From: Bdellovibrio sp.
Lineage (GTDB): Bacteria; Bdellovibrionota; Bdellovibrionia; Bdellovibrionales; Bdellovibrionaceae
DNA: 64,000 nucleotides
Reading direction: 5' to 3'
NCBI GenBank assembly: GCA_036677065.1
Contig: JAKFBS010000002.1
Span: 672,001-736,000, forward strand
A model generated the notes under the pieces. The model made no database searches. It was not told the origin of the DNA and saw nothing but the letters and a program-made list of their open reading frames with translations. Made by a program: the position numbers and the translations under genes. Positions 54,867 to 64,000 of the stretch are shown here, piece after piece (the stretch's first letter is position 1; each line of letters starts with the position of its first letter).

Positions 54867-56348
54867 ATGAAAAAACTAATCTTACTTCTTATTACGGTAC
54901 TGGTCGCGCAAGCGGCCTTTGCGGATAAGATCGTATTTTTAGATGATCCAGATGATTCTATCAAAGCCCGCGCCCAATTTATTTTAACTGCGGAACAAGA
55001 GATTCGCGTTCAATACTTCACCATAGATGACGATGAAATCTCAGCCTCAGGTTTAAGTCTGCTAAAACACGCTGCCGACAAAGGTGTGCGCATCCGTATC
55101 ATCGTTGATTCCTTACACAATCTAATGTCTGATGCAAAACAAGCAGCCTTGTTATTAAATCCGAATATTGAAATCCGCGAATACAATAATTTTAAAATCT
55201 ACGCCCCGTTTCGTTACTCTAAACGCATGCACGATAAAGCCTTAATCATCGACCGCCATGCTTTAATTTCGGGTGGAAGAAATGTGGCTAATGGCTATTT
55301 CGGAAAATTTTCTGATAACGACGATGACCCAAAACCGGTATTAGAAGATTCAGATGCTTTAGTATTAGAAAGTTCAGCGATTGATGAAGCTGCCGCTTAT
55401 TTTGATAATTTATGGGCTTCGCGATTTGTTAAACCCGTCGATCTGGACGGGAAAGAAAAAAAACATTTAGCCGCAGATGCCTGTGAAAAAGAAGTTTGGG
55501 CTGGCGAAGATAACTACCGCAACGCCTACGACAACTGCGAATACCGTAGAAAGCGTAATGTTAAAAAAGTGCAGGAAGCGATGTTAACTTTAAATGCCGC
55601 TTACCAAAAAACAATTACCGAAAACGGTTACCCACAAAGTAAACAAGCGGTCCTTGCTGACTGGGATAAATTAGCCGTTCGCACAGGCAATGTTGATTAC
55701 ATTTTTGATAACCCGGTTGGCCAAAAATCAAGTTTAGAAAAACCAGAAGCCTATCGAAACAATATCGCTAAACAGCTTTACGGAGCTGTTGGCCGCGCAC
55801 AGCAGCGCGTAGTGATCGTTACACCCTATTTCGTGGTCACACCTGAACAAGTTGAATTATTTAAAATATTGCGTGCTAACAATGTTAAAGTTGAAGTTTT
55901 CACTAATGGAGTTAACTCGAACGATGTACCTGCAGCGCATGTTGGTTTCAAACGTACGGTGCAATTAGCTGAAGAGCAAGGCGTGAAAGTCTGGCTATAC
56001 AACGGGCCAGACACGTTACATGCTAAAATGGTTTTAATCGATAACCGTACCTTATTCGTTGGTTCATTTAACTGGGATTTCAGATCACAAAACTTAAATC
56101 GTGAAGTTGGAATCATCGCAGACATCACTGCGGTTGAAGAAAACAATCACCTACAGGTTGATATCCAAGATAAGTTAGCACGTATCATGGCCCGCTCGAC
56201 ACCGCGTGGAATGGAAAAAAAGATGAACACCAAGATTGGCAAGCTGAACGAAAATCAAATCAGAAAGCTAGCTAGCATGATCCGCAGTGCTCACGGGAAC
56301 ACTTGGTTATGGGAATTATTTTTTCCGTTAATTAAAGAACAGTTATAG
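54867..56348 (+). CDS. Secreted phospholipase D family protein (ClsC/YmdC-like), paralog 2
   Basis: Signal peptide; RMHDKALIID..GGRNV and LHAKMVLID..GSFNWDFRS. Confidence 0.9.
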   Translation: MKKLILLLITVLVAQAAFADKIVFLDDPDDSIKARAQFILTAEQEIRVQYFTIDDDEISASGLSLLKHAADKGVRIRIIVDSLHNLMSDAKQAALLLNPNIEIREYNNFKIYAPFRYSKRMHDKALIIDRHALISGGRNVANGYFGKFSDNDDDPKPVLEDSDALVLESSAIDEAAAYFDNLWASRFVKPVDLDGKEKKHLAADACEKEVWAGEDNYRNAYDNCEYRRKRNVKKVQEAMLTLNAAYQKTITENGYPQSKQAVLADWDKLAVRTGNVDYIFDNPVGQKSSLEKPEAYRNNIAKQLYGAVGRAQQRVVIVTPYFVVTPEQVELFKILRANNVKVEVFTNGVNSNDVPAAHVGFKRTVQLAEEQGVKVWLYNGPDTLHAKMVLIDNRTLFVGSFNWDFRSQNLNREVGIIADITAVEENNHLQVDIQDKLARIMARSTPRGMEKKMNTKIGKLNENQIRKLASMIRSAHGNTWLWELFFPLIKEQL

Positions 56349-56353
56349 TCGAG

Positions 56354-56830
56354 CTACGCATCCTGCACATCCGTGCGAAACACAAACTCACTATCAACGG
56401 GCCATTCGTAATCATCGCTGGCCCGGTAGCCTCTAAGCCACAATACACCCTCTAAATTTCTAAGATAAAATCCATTGGGATATTCTTCATCCTGCTTGGG
56501 CTTTGCTGACGCAATATGAAGATACGGCCCCTCTGCCTGATCTAAGCACTCTAATCTTAAAAAGGCTGCCAGACTTAACGGACAAAGTTTTAAGCCTTTG
56601 ACTTTTGCACTTGCGACAATATCTTTATAATAACTAGGCTTCGTTAAGCCGAGCTCAAGCGAATTCACTTTGACTAAATTTACTGACTCAGCTTTTTCAT
56701 TAACTGAAAATTCTGGATCAGAAAACAAAGTCTTTGCATAGGCATTAAATTGAATACCCTGCTTCGTTAGCTGATCTAACAGCGCTTCTTTGGTTATTCC
56801 GCCGAGGGCGATTGTTTTAAATATTTTCAT
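56354..56830 (-). CDS. Conserved hypothetical protein
   Basis: GLKLCP..LRL..DQ, NGFYLR..LWLRGY..W..EFVF pattern; ATG 56830 preferred. Confidence 0.65.
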   Translation of the reverse strand: MKIFKTIALGGITKEALLDQLTKQGIQFNAYAKTLFSDPEFSVNEKAESVNLVKVNSLELGLTKPSYYKDIVASAKVKGLKLCPLSLAAFLRLECLDQAEGPYLHIASAKPKQDEEYPNGFYLRNLEGVLWLRGYRASDDYEWPVDSEFVFRTDVQDA

Positions 56831-56869
56831 AAAAAAAAAGCCCACACCCCTTTTTGGAGATGTGGGCTT
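56831..56869 (-). terminator. Intrinsic terminator downstream of the DHS-like gene
   Basis: AAGCCCACA...TGTGGGCTT stem followed by a long U-tract on the minus strand. Confidence 0.7.
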
Positions 56870-56884
56870 GAATAATTCCTTAAA

Positions 56885-57856
56885 TTACTGACCTAACACG
56901 TACGCAAACATTAAAGGTGCGCAAATAGATGCATCAGATTCAACGATATACTTAGGTGTTTCAACACCTAATTTACCCCACGTGATTTTCTCATTAGGAA
57001 CCGCACCAGAGTACGAACCAAATGAAGTTGTAGAATCACTGATTTGGCAGAAGTAACTCCATAATGGAACATTATCTTGCTCTAAATCCTGCGCTAACAT
57101 CGGTACCACACAAATTGGGAAGTCACCGGCAATACCGCCACCGATTTGGAAAAAACCAATATTTTGCTTTTTAGCTGCTAAGCTCATGTACCATTCAGCC
57201 CAATAAGTCATGTACTGGATTCCACCTTTTACAGTGTGAACATTTTTGATGTTCCCCTTCATGACATGCCCTGCGAAGATGTTACCTGTTGTTGAATCTT
57301 CCCATCCTGGTACTACCATCGGAAGATTTTTTTCTGCCGCTGCTAATAACCAAGAATTTTTCGGATCGATTTGGTAAAACTCTTTTAATTTGCCGCTTAA
57401 TAAAATTTTGTACATGTATTCATGTGGAAAGTAAGCCTTACCTTCTTTGTCAGCAGCAGCCCATTCTTCATAAACTACTTTTTCAATACGGCGAATCGCT
57501 TCTTCTTCAGGAATACAAGTGTCTGTCACACGGTTTAAATGACGGTCTAATAATTCTTGTTCTTGTTCTGGCGTTAAATCACGGTAGTTCGGAATACGTA
57601 CGTAGTGATCGTGCGCTACTAGATTGTAAATATCTTCTTCTAAGTTTGCGCCTGTGCAAGAAATCGCGTGAACTTTTCCCTGACGGATCATTTCAGCTAA
57701 AGATAAACCTAATTCAGCAGAACTCATAGCTCCCGCTAAAGTTACTAACATTTGGCCACCGTTATTGATGTGGGTTTTGTAACCAACGGCTGCATCTCTT
57801 AAAGCTGCGGCGTTGAAATGTCTGAAATGATGATCGATAAAATTTGTAATAGTCAT
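56885..57856 (-). CDS. Deoxyhypusine synthase-family protein
   Basis: LAGAMSS, CTGANLEED, LNRVTD, IGGG, SYSGAVPNEKITWGK. Confidence 0.92.
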   Translation of the reverse strand: MTITNFIDHHFRHFNAAALRDAAVGYKTHINNGGQMLVTLAGAMSSAELGLSLAEMIRQGKVHAISCTGANLEEDIYNLVAHDHYVRIPNYRDLTPEQEQELLDRHLNRVTDTCIPEEEAIRRIEKVVYEEWAAADKEGKAYFPHEYMYKILLSGKLKEFYQIDPKNSWLLAAAEKNLPMVVPGWEDSTTGNIFAGHVMKGNIKNVHTVKGGIQYMTYWAEWYMSLAAKKQNIGFFQIGGGIAGDFPICVVPMLAQDLEQDNVPLWSYFCQISDSTTSFGSYSGAVPNEKITWGKLGVETPKYIVESDASICAPLMFAYVLGQ

Positions 57857-57916
57857 TTTATAAAACTCCGTTTATGTAATTTGCGCGCTTTCAGCACGAC
57901 TTTTAGAGGTTGAAAG

Positions 57917-58054
57917 TTAGCCTAGATCTTTCCATGAAGGAAGGGCTTTTTTCTCTTTTTTAAGTTTATACCAATGGTAAAGTGTGATGCTGATGATCGT
58001 AAGACCCGCCAAGAAAACTAAAGATGCGAATCCAAAGAAGATCACTAAGCTCAT
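57917..58054 (-). CDS. Small (45 aa) single-TM membrane protein not in the ORF track
   Basis: MSLVIFFGFASLVFLAGLTIISITLYHWYKLKKEKKALPSWKDLG; ATG overlaps the tcdA stop (TAATG). Confidence 0.65.
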   Translation of the reverse strand: MSLVIFFGFASLVFLAGLTIISITLYHWYKLKKEKKALPSWKDLG

Positions 58055-58947
58055 TAGTTCACCAGTTCCGTGGCGGCCACTTCAGTTTGTGTCGCTGTTT
58101 GTAAAGCTAAGTTTTGCGCCATAATATCGCGAACAACCCATGAAGCCATCACAAGACCAAAAGCACCTGTTACAAAACTTGCTGTTCCGTAGATTACACT
58201 TCTGTGTAAGCAAGAATGCGGATCGTATTCCCCTTGCGGGCAAACACATTTAAAGCCCTGGCCATTATCATAATTTAATTCAATTGAAGGCATTGGCAAT
58301 TCATCTGAATAAACACATTGAATACCGAATGCACCACGACCACGGGGAAAGTTATACTCTTGACGTAAAATTTTACGCATAGCATGTGCTAAAGGATCTA
58401 CTTCAGTTTTTGCAAGATCAGTAATCTTAACACGTGTTGGATCCATCTTCGCAGAGGCTCCGCAGCTTGTGATCACTTTTAAATTTTGTGTACGGCATTC
58501 ATTTAATAAAAATGTTTTTGCCGTGATGTTATCAATACAATCTACGATGTAATCAGGTTTCTCACCTAAAATTTCTGCAGACGTGTCTTTGTTATAGAAC
58601 ATGGCTTTCGCTATAACTTCAGCTTGCGGATTAATTTTACGAAGACGTTCAGCCATGATTTCGGCTTTTTTCTTACCGACAAGACCTTGAAGTGCATGTA
58701 ACTGACGATTTGCATTGGTAATACAAATTTCATCGTGATCGATCAAAGTGATTTTACCGACACCAGAACGTGCTAAAGATTCTGCAGCCCATGAGCCTAC
58801 GCCACCAAGACCTAAAATCATCACGTGAGTGTTGAAAAGTGTTTTCATGTTTTTATCACCCACAAGCCTGCCCATGCGGTCAAAACGGCGGTGTAAAACG
58901 TAATTAGTTTCTTGAATTTCGAAAGGCTTAGTTGGCTGAATTTCCAT
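58054..58947 (-). CDS. tcdA: tRNA threonylcarbamoyladenosine dehydratase (ThiF family)
   Basis: GLGGVGSWAAESLARSGVG, TNANRQ, DCID, GASAKMDPT, DPLA..RK.LR, CVYSDE. Confidence 0.9.
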   Translation of the reverse strand: MEIQPTKPFEIQETNYVLHRRFDRMGRLVGDKNMKTLFNTHVMILGLGGVGSWAAESLARSGVGKITLIDHDEICITNANRQLHALQGLVGKKKAEIMAERLRKINPQAEVIAKAMFYNKDTSAEILGEKPDYIVDCIDNITAKTFLLNECRTQNLKVITSCGASAKMDPTRVKITDLAKTEVDPLAHAMRKILRQEYNFPRGRGAFGIQCVYSDELPMPSIELNYDNGQGFKCVCPQGEYDPHSCLHRSVIYGTASFVTGAFGLVMASWVVRDIMAQNLALQTATQTEVAATELVN

Positions 58948-58987
58948 AGGCGTTAGGAGTACCAAAGATCAGCAAAAGTTTAAAGCC

Positions 58988-59770
58988 TTAAGTGAATAGT
59001 TTTCTGAAGTTTTCAGAGGTCTTTTCTAACACAGACTCCTGACTAATTTGTTTAATGTCTGCTACTGTTTTAGCCACATTTAGCACAGATATTGGGCTAT
59101 TTTGCTCCTCAGACCATCCCGCAGGCGCTTGATCGGGACAATCGCTCTCTAAAAGGAGCTTTTCTAATGGAATGCTAGCTATGGCTTCACGTAGTTTTTT
59201 ATTTTTTTCAAAAGTCACTGCTCCGCCCACCGAAATCAAAAAGTTCATTTTTAAATACTGCTGAGCAATTTCAATTGATGAGTTAAAGGCGTGAACCATT
59301 CCCCCGACAGAATCAGCTTCCCACAACAGTAAAACTTTTAAAGCTTCGTTATGCGCGCGCACCACATGCAGCACTAACGGTTTGGAAAAAACTTTCGCCA
59401 TCTGAACTTGGTTTTCAAAAAAAACAATTTGTCGGTCTTCTGCCCCATTTTGAATATACTGTTCGCGAAAATCTAAACCCGTTTCACCAAGGCCTGCGGC
59501 TTGCGACAAGATTTTAGAAAGTTCATTCATCGCTTCTTCACAAACTTCATTGTCATTTTCAGCGACAAAGTACGGATGCAGCCCAAACGCATTTTTAAAA
59601 TTTTGGGGATACTGTTTTTGCAGAAGAATTTGCCGCTGCCATCCTTCTGGATTCACACCGGCTTCCATAAATAAATTTAAATTATTTTTCAAAGAATCAT
59701 ACATCCAAGTTTGGCGTTGTTCTTCAGTTACCCGCGGATCTGTCCAGTGGCCATGACAGTCGCAGTACAT
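58988..59770 (-). CDS. tatD: TatD family hydrolase
   Basis: DCHGH, GLHP, GETGLD, LHVVRAH, HAFN, LLESDCP. Confidence 0.92.
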   Translation of the reverse strand: MYCDCHGHWTDPRVTEEQRQTWMYDSLKNNLNLFMEAGVNPEGWQRQILLQKQYPQNFKNAFGLHPYFVAENDNEVCEEAMNELSKILSQAAGLGETGLDFREQYIQNGAEDRQIVFFENQVQMAKVFSKPLVLHVVRAHNEALKVLLLWEADSVGGMVHAFNSSIEIAQQYLKMNFLISVGGAVTFEKNKKLREAIASIPLEKLLLESDCPDQAPAGWSEEQNSPISVLNVAKTVADIKQISQESVLEKTSENFRKLFT

Positions 59771-59772
59771 AG

Positions 59773-60258
59773 TTAAAAACCTAATTTTTTCATAAGCTCA
59801 TCAATTTCAGACTGCGCCTGAATCGAGCTTTGTTTACTAAACTGTTCAGAAACCCAGCGAAGCCGTTCGATAAAATTAGGGCTAATGACCTGTTTTAACT
59901 GAGCCATTGGGAGCTCAATTTTTTTAATTAAAATATTCAGTGCTTCAACCGCATCTAACAAAAGGGCGACCGTGACATCATAGAGTTTAGTGTTAGTTTC
60001 GATTTCGGCCGCTTTATAGGCCACGGCTTTGCACAATGAGGTGTAATCAGTGATCAAATTCAAACCATGGTCTGGTTCTGCCATCATCGCAATGCTTGCA
60101 GAAGCTCCCATAATGCGATCGATTTTGTTTCCAAAGACCTTGAGGTTTTCTTTTTGCGAAAAATCGCCTTCCATAGACTCAAGAAGATCGATCGATTCGA
60201 CAATGATGGTGTTGGACTCTTTATAAAAATCATTTAGAATATCTACATCTAGTGACAT
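59773..60258 (-). CDS. Hpt/CheA-P1-like four-helix bundle protein lacking the phospho-His
   Basis: DILNDFYKES...IDRIMGAS in place of HxxKG; C-terminal QSEIDELMKKLGF (CheZ/CheA-like tail). Confidence 0.65.
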   Translation of the reverse strand: MSLDVDILNDFYKESNTIIVESIDLLESMEGDFSQKENLKVFGNKIDRIMGASASIAMMAEPDHGLNLITDYTSLCKAVAYKAAEIETNTKLYDVTVALLLDAVEALNILIKKIELPMAQLKQVISPNFIERLRWVSEQFSKQSSIQAQSEIDELMKKLGF

Positions 60259-60287
60259 ATTAGAAAAGTCTACCAAAAGAGAAAAAA

Positions 60288-61220
60288 ATGGCAAAGGATT
60301 ACGTATCAATCAGAGTTAGCACCCTGCGCGGCGATCAAAAAATCGACTTTGATGCGTATTTGAAAATTGATGAAAAATGGATTTTGTACCTTCGCCAAGG
60401 TGATTCTTTTGAAGGGGCCCGTCTAGAGCGACTTAAAACTAAAAAATTAAAAAAGATGTATATCGCCACCGACGATGAAATCAAGTATCGCGATTACATG
60501 CAAAAAAATATCGAAATGGCCTACGACGATAAGTCTGGCAAAGACATCAAAACCCGTTCTGAAATTATTCAAGGAGCCCAGCAAAATAGCGCTGAAGATG
60601 TTTTCGAAAAACCAGAAAATGCCGAAGCCTACAATTCTGCTAAAGATGCTTCTGCAAAATACGTGGATTTTTTAATTAAAAATAATGATGCCGTAAAATC
60701 TATTATTGCCTTGCCTAATCTTGATCAAAACATTGCCCATCACGGCGTTACAGTCTCAACACTTGCAGTAGCCTTAGCTGAACAGTTAAAACTTTTTGAC
60801 CCTAAACAACGCCAGCTGTTAGCACTGGGCGGTCTACTTCATGACTTTGGCCACTTTGATTCCACGTTAAATATCGCTCGTCCGATGAAAGATTTTTCTA
60901 AAGAAGAGTTAGAAATTTACAAACGCCACCCCGTCGAAGGCGCCCAAAAGGTAAAAGATAAAAATCACATGGATTTAGCAGTGACAACAATCATCCATCA
61001 GCATGAAGAAAAATGTGATGGCTCAGGCCCATTAGGTTTTCTGGAACCCCAAATTGATCCGATGGCTCTTGTTACCAGCGCCTGCAATGCGATCGATCGC
61101 TCAATGACTTACGAAGGCAATAGCCGCGACCAAGTTGTTAAGAAAATGTTGGTCGATGAACTTGGAAAACTTCCTCTCCAATACATTCAAACGCTGGGAA
61201 CTATTCTCAAAACGATCTAG
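60288..61220 (+). CDS. HD-GYP-like protein, partly degenerate
   Basis: HHG, LLHDFG, HPVEGA, HQHEEKCDGSGPLG (GYP lost), CNAID. Confidence 0.85.
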   Translation: MAKDYVSIRVSTLRGDQKIDFDAYLKIDEKWILYLRQGDSFEGARLERLKTKKLKKMYIATDDEIKYRDYMQKNIEMAYDDKSGKDIKTRSEIIQGAQQNSAEDVFEKPENAEAYNSAKDASAKYVDFLIKNNDAVKSIIALPNLDQNIAHHGVTVSTLAVALAEQLKLFDPKQRQLLALGGLLHDFGHFDSTLNIARPMKDFSKEELEIYKRHPVEGAQKVKDKNHMDLAVTTIIHQHEEKCDGSGPLGFLEPQIDPMALVTSACNAIDRSMTYEGNSRDQVVKKMLVDELGKLPLQYIQTLGTILKTI

Positions 61221-61334
61221 GTCAAAAACACAGCTAAACACACTCAAACCTAGACCAAAGTTATATCATAAACTCATGGTTAATTGCCGATAACATCTTG
61301 TGATTTATTAATAATATTACGGGAGTATTTTCGC

Positions 61335-62378
61335 ATGAAACCTTCTTCATTTGTTATGGGTTTTGAAATTAAAACGGTTCGTGGCCCAGTGTTAAAACCA
61401 GTGAGCCTTGAAATCTGGGATCAGCAATCACGTTTTGCTGAATTCACTCCGCATGCACCTCTAAAGTTTATGAATGACTCGTTAGTGGGATTACAATTTC
61501 AAAAATTAACGAATTATTTAAACGCTCCAAAACAAACTGATTTTATCAATCATGCGATTGAAGAACTGTGTCCGTACTCAACTCTATTCTATTCATGTGC
61601 TGATCGTTTATCTCCGATTCAAAACAAGCTTAAACCTGTTGATGAAAAAACTATTCAGGCTTTTGAACAACAGTGGTTTGCTTACTGGGATGCGCAAGAT
61701 TTTTCTAAAGGAATCAACTTTAATAAACTTGATCAAGCCTTTGATATGCTTTCAGAATTTGAAACAAAAATGAAGGCACCGTTAATGTACAATTTTACTT
61801 TGCAGTTTTCTAAAAAATTCAATGATCATTTGCTTGCGATGTACTCGTTCTTATTCCATTTACGCTCATTAATCGCTTTAGATCATAATATTCATATTGA
61901 TGACTCATCGTTTGAATCAGTTAAATGCGATTCAATTTCTGACTATCTTCCGCGCGCAGATTTTACGACAAATGATGCTTTAGTTTACTGGCAGTTTAAA
62001 AAACTAGCGACACCGTTCGTGGGCCATAAAGATAAAGATGTGCGCATCGAAAAGCTTTTCGTAGAACCTATGCAAAGAGCCTTTGATCAATACAACCACA
62101 ACGCCTGCGCCCTGATCGATCAATTACCTCAAGAATTACTTTCACATCATACCAATGCAGATCTTGAACAAAACCTACACCAAATTCAAATGGACTGGTT
62201 ATTAGGTTCTTCTGCAGGATTATTATTTCGCGTGCGTGAAGAGTTATTTGGTTTACACCATGGTTATGACAAAGTTTTCTGGCCAGAGGCTTCAAACCAA
62301 AAATCTAAACAACCAACGCAATTTAAAGTTTGTTTTGAACTAACAGAAGCGCATCTTGGTGCAAAAAAAGCTGCCTAA
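61335..62378 (+). CDS. Hypothetical protein
   Basis: Long ORF, RBS GGGAG before ATG 61335; GCCGATAA upstream at 61286. Confidence 0.75.
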   Translation: MKPSSFVMGFEIKTVRGPVLKPVSLEIWDQQSRFAEFTPHAPLKFMNDSLVGLQFQKLTNYLNAPKQTDFINHAIEELCPYSTLFYSCADRLSPIQNKLKPVDEKTIQAFEQQWFAYWDAQDFSKGINFNKLDQAFDMLSEFETKMKAPLMYNFTLQFSKKFNDHLLAMYSFLFHLRSLIALDHNIHIDDSSFESVKCDSISDYLPRADFTTNDALVYWQFKKLATPFVGHKDKDVRIEKLFVEPMQRAFDQYNHNACALIDQLPQELLSHHTNADLEQNLHQIQMDWLLGSSAGLLFRVREELFGLHHGYDKVFWPEASNQKSKQPTQFKVCFELTEAHLGAKKAA

Positions 62379-62392
62379 ACCGCAGCTTTTTT
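62364..62392. terminator. Bidirectional terminator embedded in overlapping convergent gene ends
   Basis: AAAAAAGCTGC-CTAAACC-GCAGCTTTTTT. Confidence 0.6.
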
Positions 62393-63058
62393 CGACGAAC
62401 GCCATTTTGTGTAGAAATACACGACCAAGGCGATCGCACACAAACCCAGCACGACAAATTTAAATTTACGTAGCCCGTCTAAGATATCTTCACCATAATG
62501 AGCTAAAATTAAAATCTGAGTCGGCACTGAAATCAGTGCCGCAACACCGTCAACCAAGGCAAATTTCCAAGCCGGAAACTTCACCATGCCGCACGCTAAA
62601 TGCCCCGGAAAACGAATCCCTGGAGTAAATCTAAAAATTCCACAAGCCCAAGACCCATATTTATGAGTCCACTGCTCGATCTTCATTCGACCTTCGCTAG
62701 AAATAACTCGTTTAACTGGTCCCCACTCAAAAACCCGCGAACCAAAAAAGCGGCCTATTCCATAAATTAAAAAATCAGAACAAAACACCGCTAAAAAAGC
62801 GACCATTGATGCCGTGGTTGGATGCACAAAAGGAGCCCCCGGAAACGGCGGCGGAAACTTATCAGGGTTAGCCCCCATGTAAGCCAAAATTCCCACAGAT
62901 ACTAACGTGACTTCTTCTGGAAGCGGCAAACCCACCGCAGACAACAACATCATCGTGATCAAGAAAAAATAAATCCAACCCGGCTCATAAGCATATGGGG
63001 CTAAGCAAATTAACTTGTCTGCATTATCAAACAGACACTGCATGGTTTCTTGAATCAT
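62375..63058 (-). CDS. DedA family membrane protein
   Basis: GLPLPEEVTL, SDFLIYGIGRFFG, FRFTPGIR. Confidence 0.92.
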   Translation of the reverse strand: MIQETMQCLFDNADKLICLAPYAYEPGWIYFFLITMMLLSAVGLPLPEEVTLVSVGILAYMGANPDKFPPPFPGAPFVHPTTASMVAFLAVFCSDFLIYGIGRFFGSRVFEWGPVKRVISSEGRMKIEQWTHKYGSWACGIFRFTPGIRFPGHLACGMVKFPAWKFALVDGVAALISVPTQILILAHYGEDILDGLRKFKFVVLGLCAIALVVYFYTKWRSSKKAAV

Positions 63059-63136
63059 CCAACTATCATGAATCTAAAAGCATTCGTTGTTAAGGTCTTG
63101 AGTTAAATAGGTACAGTGTGCTATCTGAAAGACCAT

Positions 63137-64000
63137 ATGCTTAAAAACCAAACGCAAATTCATTCTCAGGGCTTCGAATACGGTGTTAAGCATTTTAATA
63201 GTCCAAAGTCTGGTGATTTGAGCGAAATCATTTCAGAAGTGCTAACTCTTCCAACAGATGAAGTGAAATTTTTAATTCAATTAGGAAGTGTTTATCTCAG
63301 CGGCAAACGCGCGCAAACTAATGATCAAGTCACAGAAAATGCGCAAATTCGCGTACACACCAAACCCAGAAGATACAATGTCGACTATGACTGGAAATCA
63401 AGAATCGTTTTTGAGCACCAAGATTTCATAGTGTTAAATAAACCAAACAATATCCCAAGCCACCCCTCAGTAGATAATCAAATCGAGAACTCACTCACGC
63501 AATTATCACTAGCAATTGGCAAAAAATTATTAATCACTCACCGCTTAGACACCTTAACCGAAGGTTTAATCGTCTATGCAAAAAATGCAGAATTCGTAAA
63601 CGGCTTCAATACCCAGCTACAGAAAAAACTAATCACAAAAAAGTACGTAGCTTTAGTTGAAACGACAGAAAAACTACCCACCCATTTAATGCACTACATG
63701 GAGCCTTCACCGCGCGCGCCCAAAAAAGTTTCACAAATTGCCAATGAAGGTTGGGATTTTTGCGAACTAAAAATAGAACAACAAAAGATACTTGATCGCT
63801 ACAGCTGGATTAAGATTAATTTACTAACAGGCAGAACCCATCAAATCAGAGCGCAAATATCAGAAGTCGGCGCGCCAATCCTAGGTGACAAATTGTATGG
63901 CAGTCAGATTATAGAAGATGAAAATAAAATAGCGCTAAGAGCGCAAGAGATAGAATTCCAGTGGCTAGGATCTAGCCACCAGATTAAAATCGAAGAAAAT
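63137..64000 (+). CDS. RluA-family pseudouridine synthase, 3'-truncated by the window edge
   Basis: Not in the ORF track (no stop in window); translation gives VLNKP, THRLDTLTEG, TGRTHQIR, PILGDKLYG. Confidence 0.9.
   Translation, partial: MLKNQTQIHSQGFEYGVKHFNSPKSGDLSEIISEVLTLPTDEVKFLIQLGSVYLSGKRAQTNDQVTENAQIRVHTKPRRYNVDYDWKSRIVFEHQDFIVLNKPNNIPSHPSVDNQIENSLTQLSLAIGKKLLITHRLDTLTEGLIVYAKNAEFVNGFNTQLQKKLITKKYVALVETTEKLPTHLMHYMEPSPRAPKKVSQIANEGWDFCELKIEQQKILDRYSWIKINLLTGRTHQIRAQISEVGAPILGDKLYGSQIIEDENKIALRAQEIEFQWLGSSHQIKIEEN

Noticed and set aside
1..64000. CRISPR arrays, IS elements, rRNA
   Set aside because: No spaced direct-repeat array, transposase ORF or rRNA-like sequence; intergenic gaps are short (about 200 nt or less).

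Overview
AT-rich bacterial chromosome segment, most consistent with a Bdellovibrionota predator (inference from the cNMP-EAL, paired HD-GYP, His-less Hpt, secreted PLD/SLT-like and LysM protein types, and from recurrent RxPAS motifs). The right half is mostly housekeeping: uvrB/uvrC, cysS, gltX, carD, aqpZ, recG, lysS, class I aldolase, Nfu, DHS-like, tcdA, tatD, dedA and a partial RluA-family gene. One tRNA-His(GUG) is present. No integrase, transposase, prophage or CRISPR array was recognised. Two loci stand out. (1) A tightly coupled 7-gene minus-strand operon (911-9832): FecR/Ig protein, FN3 + beta-barrel protein, Cache-HAMP pseudo-cyclase, MotA lacking an obvious FliG-contact motif, MotB whose OmpA domain is replaced by a YfaP/DUF2135-like domain, an in-frame LysM-TM gene, and an outer-membrane barrel. 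This looks like a non-flagellar, ion-driven trans-envelope machine. (2) A 3708-aa secreted mosaic protein with SH3-like and helical repeats followed by zincin, HD-like and minimal kinase-like domains separated by RxPA(S/T/A) motifs, behind a sigma28-type promoter. It is a candidate multi-effector predation toxin. All domain calls are by-eye motif recognition; no database searches were run.
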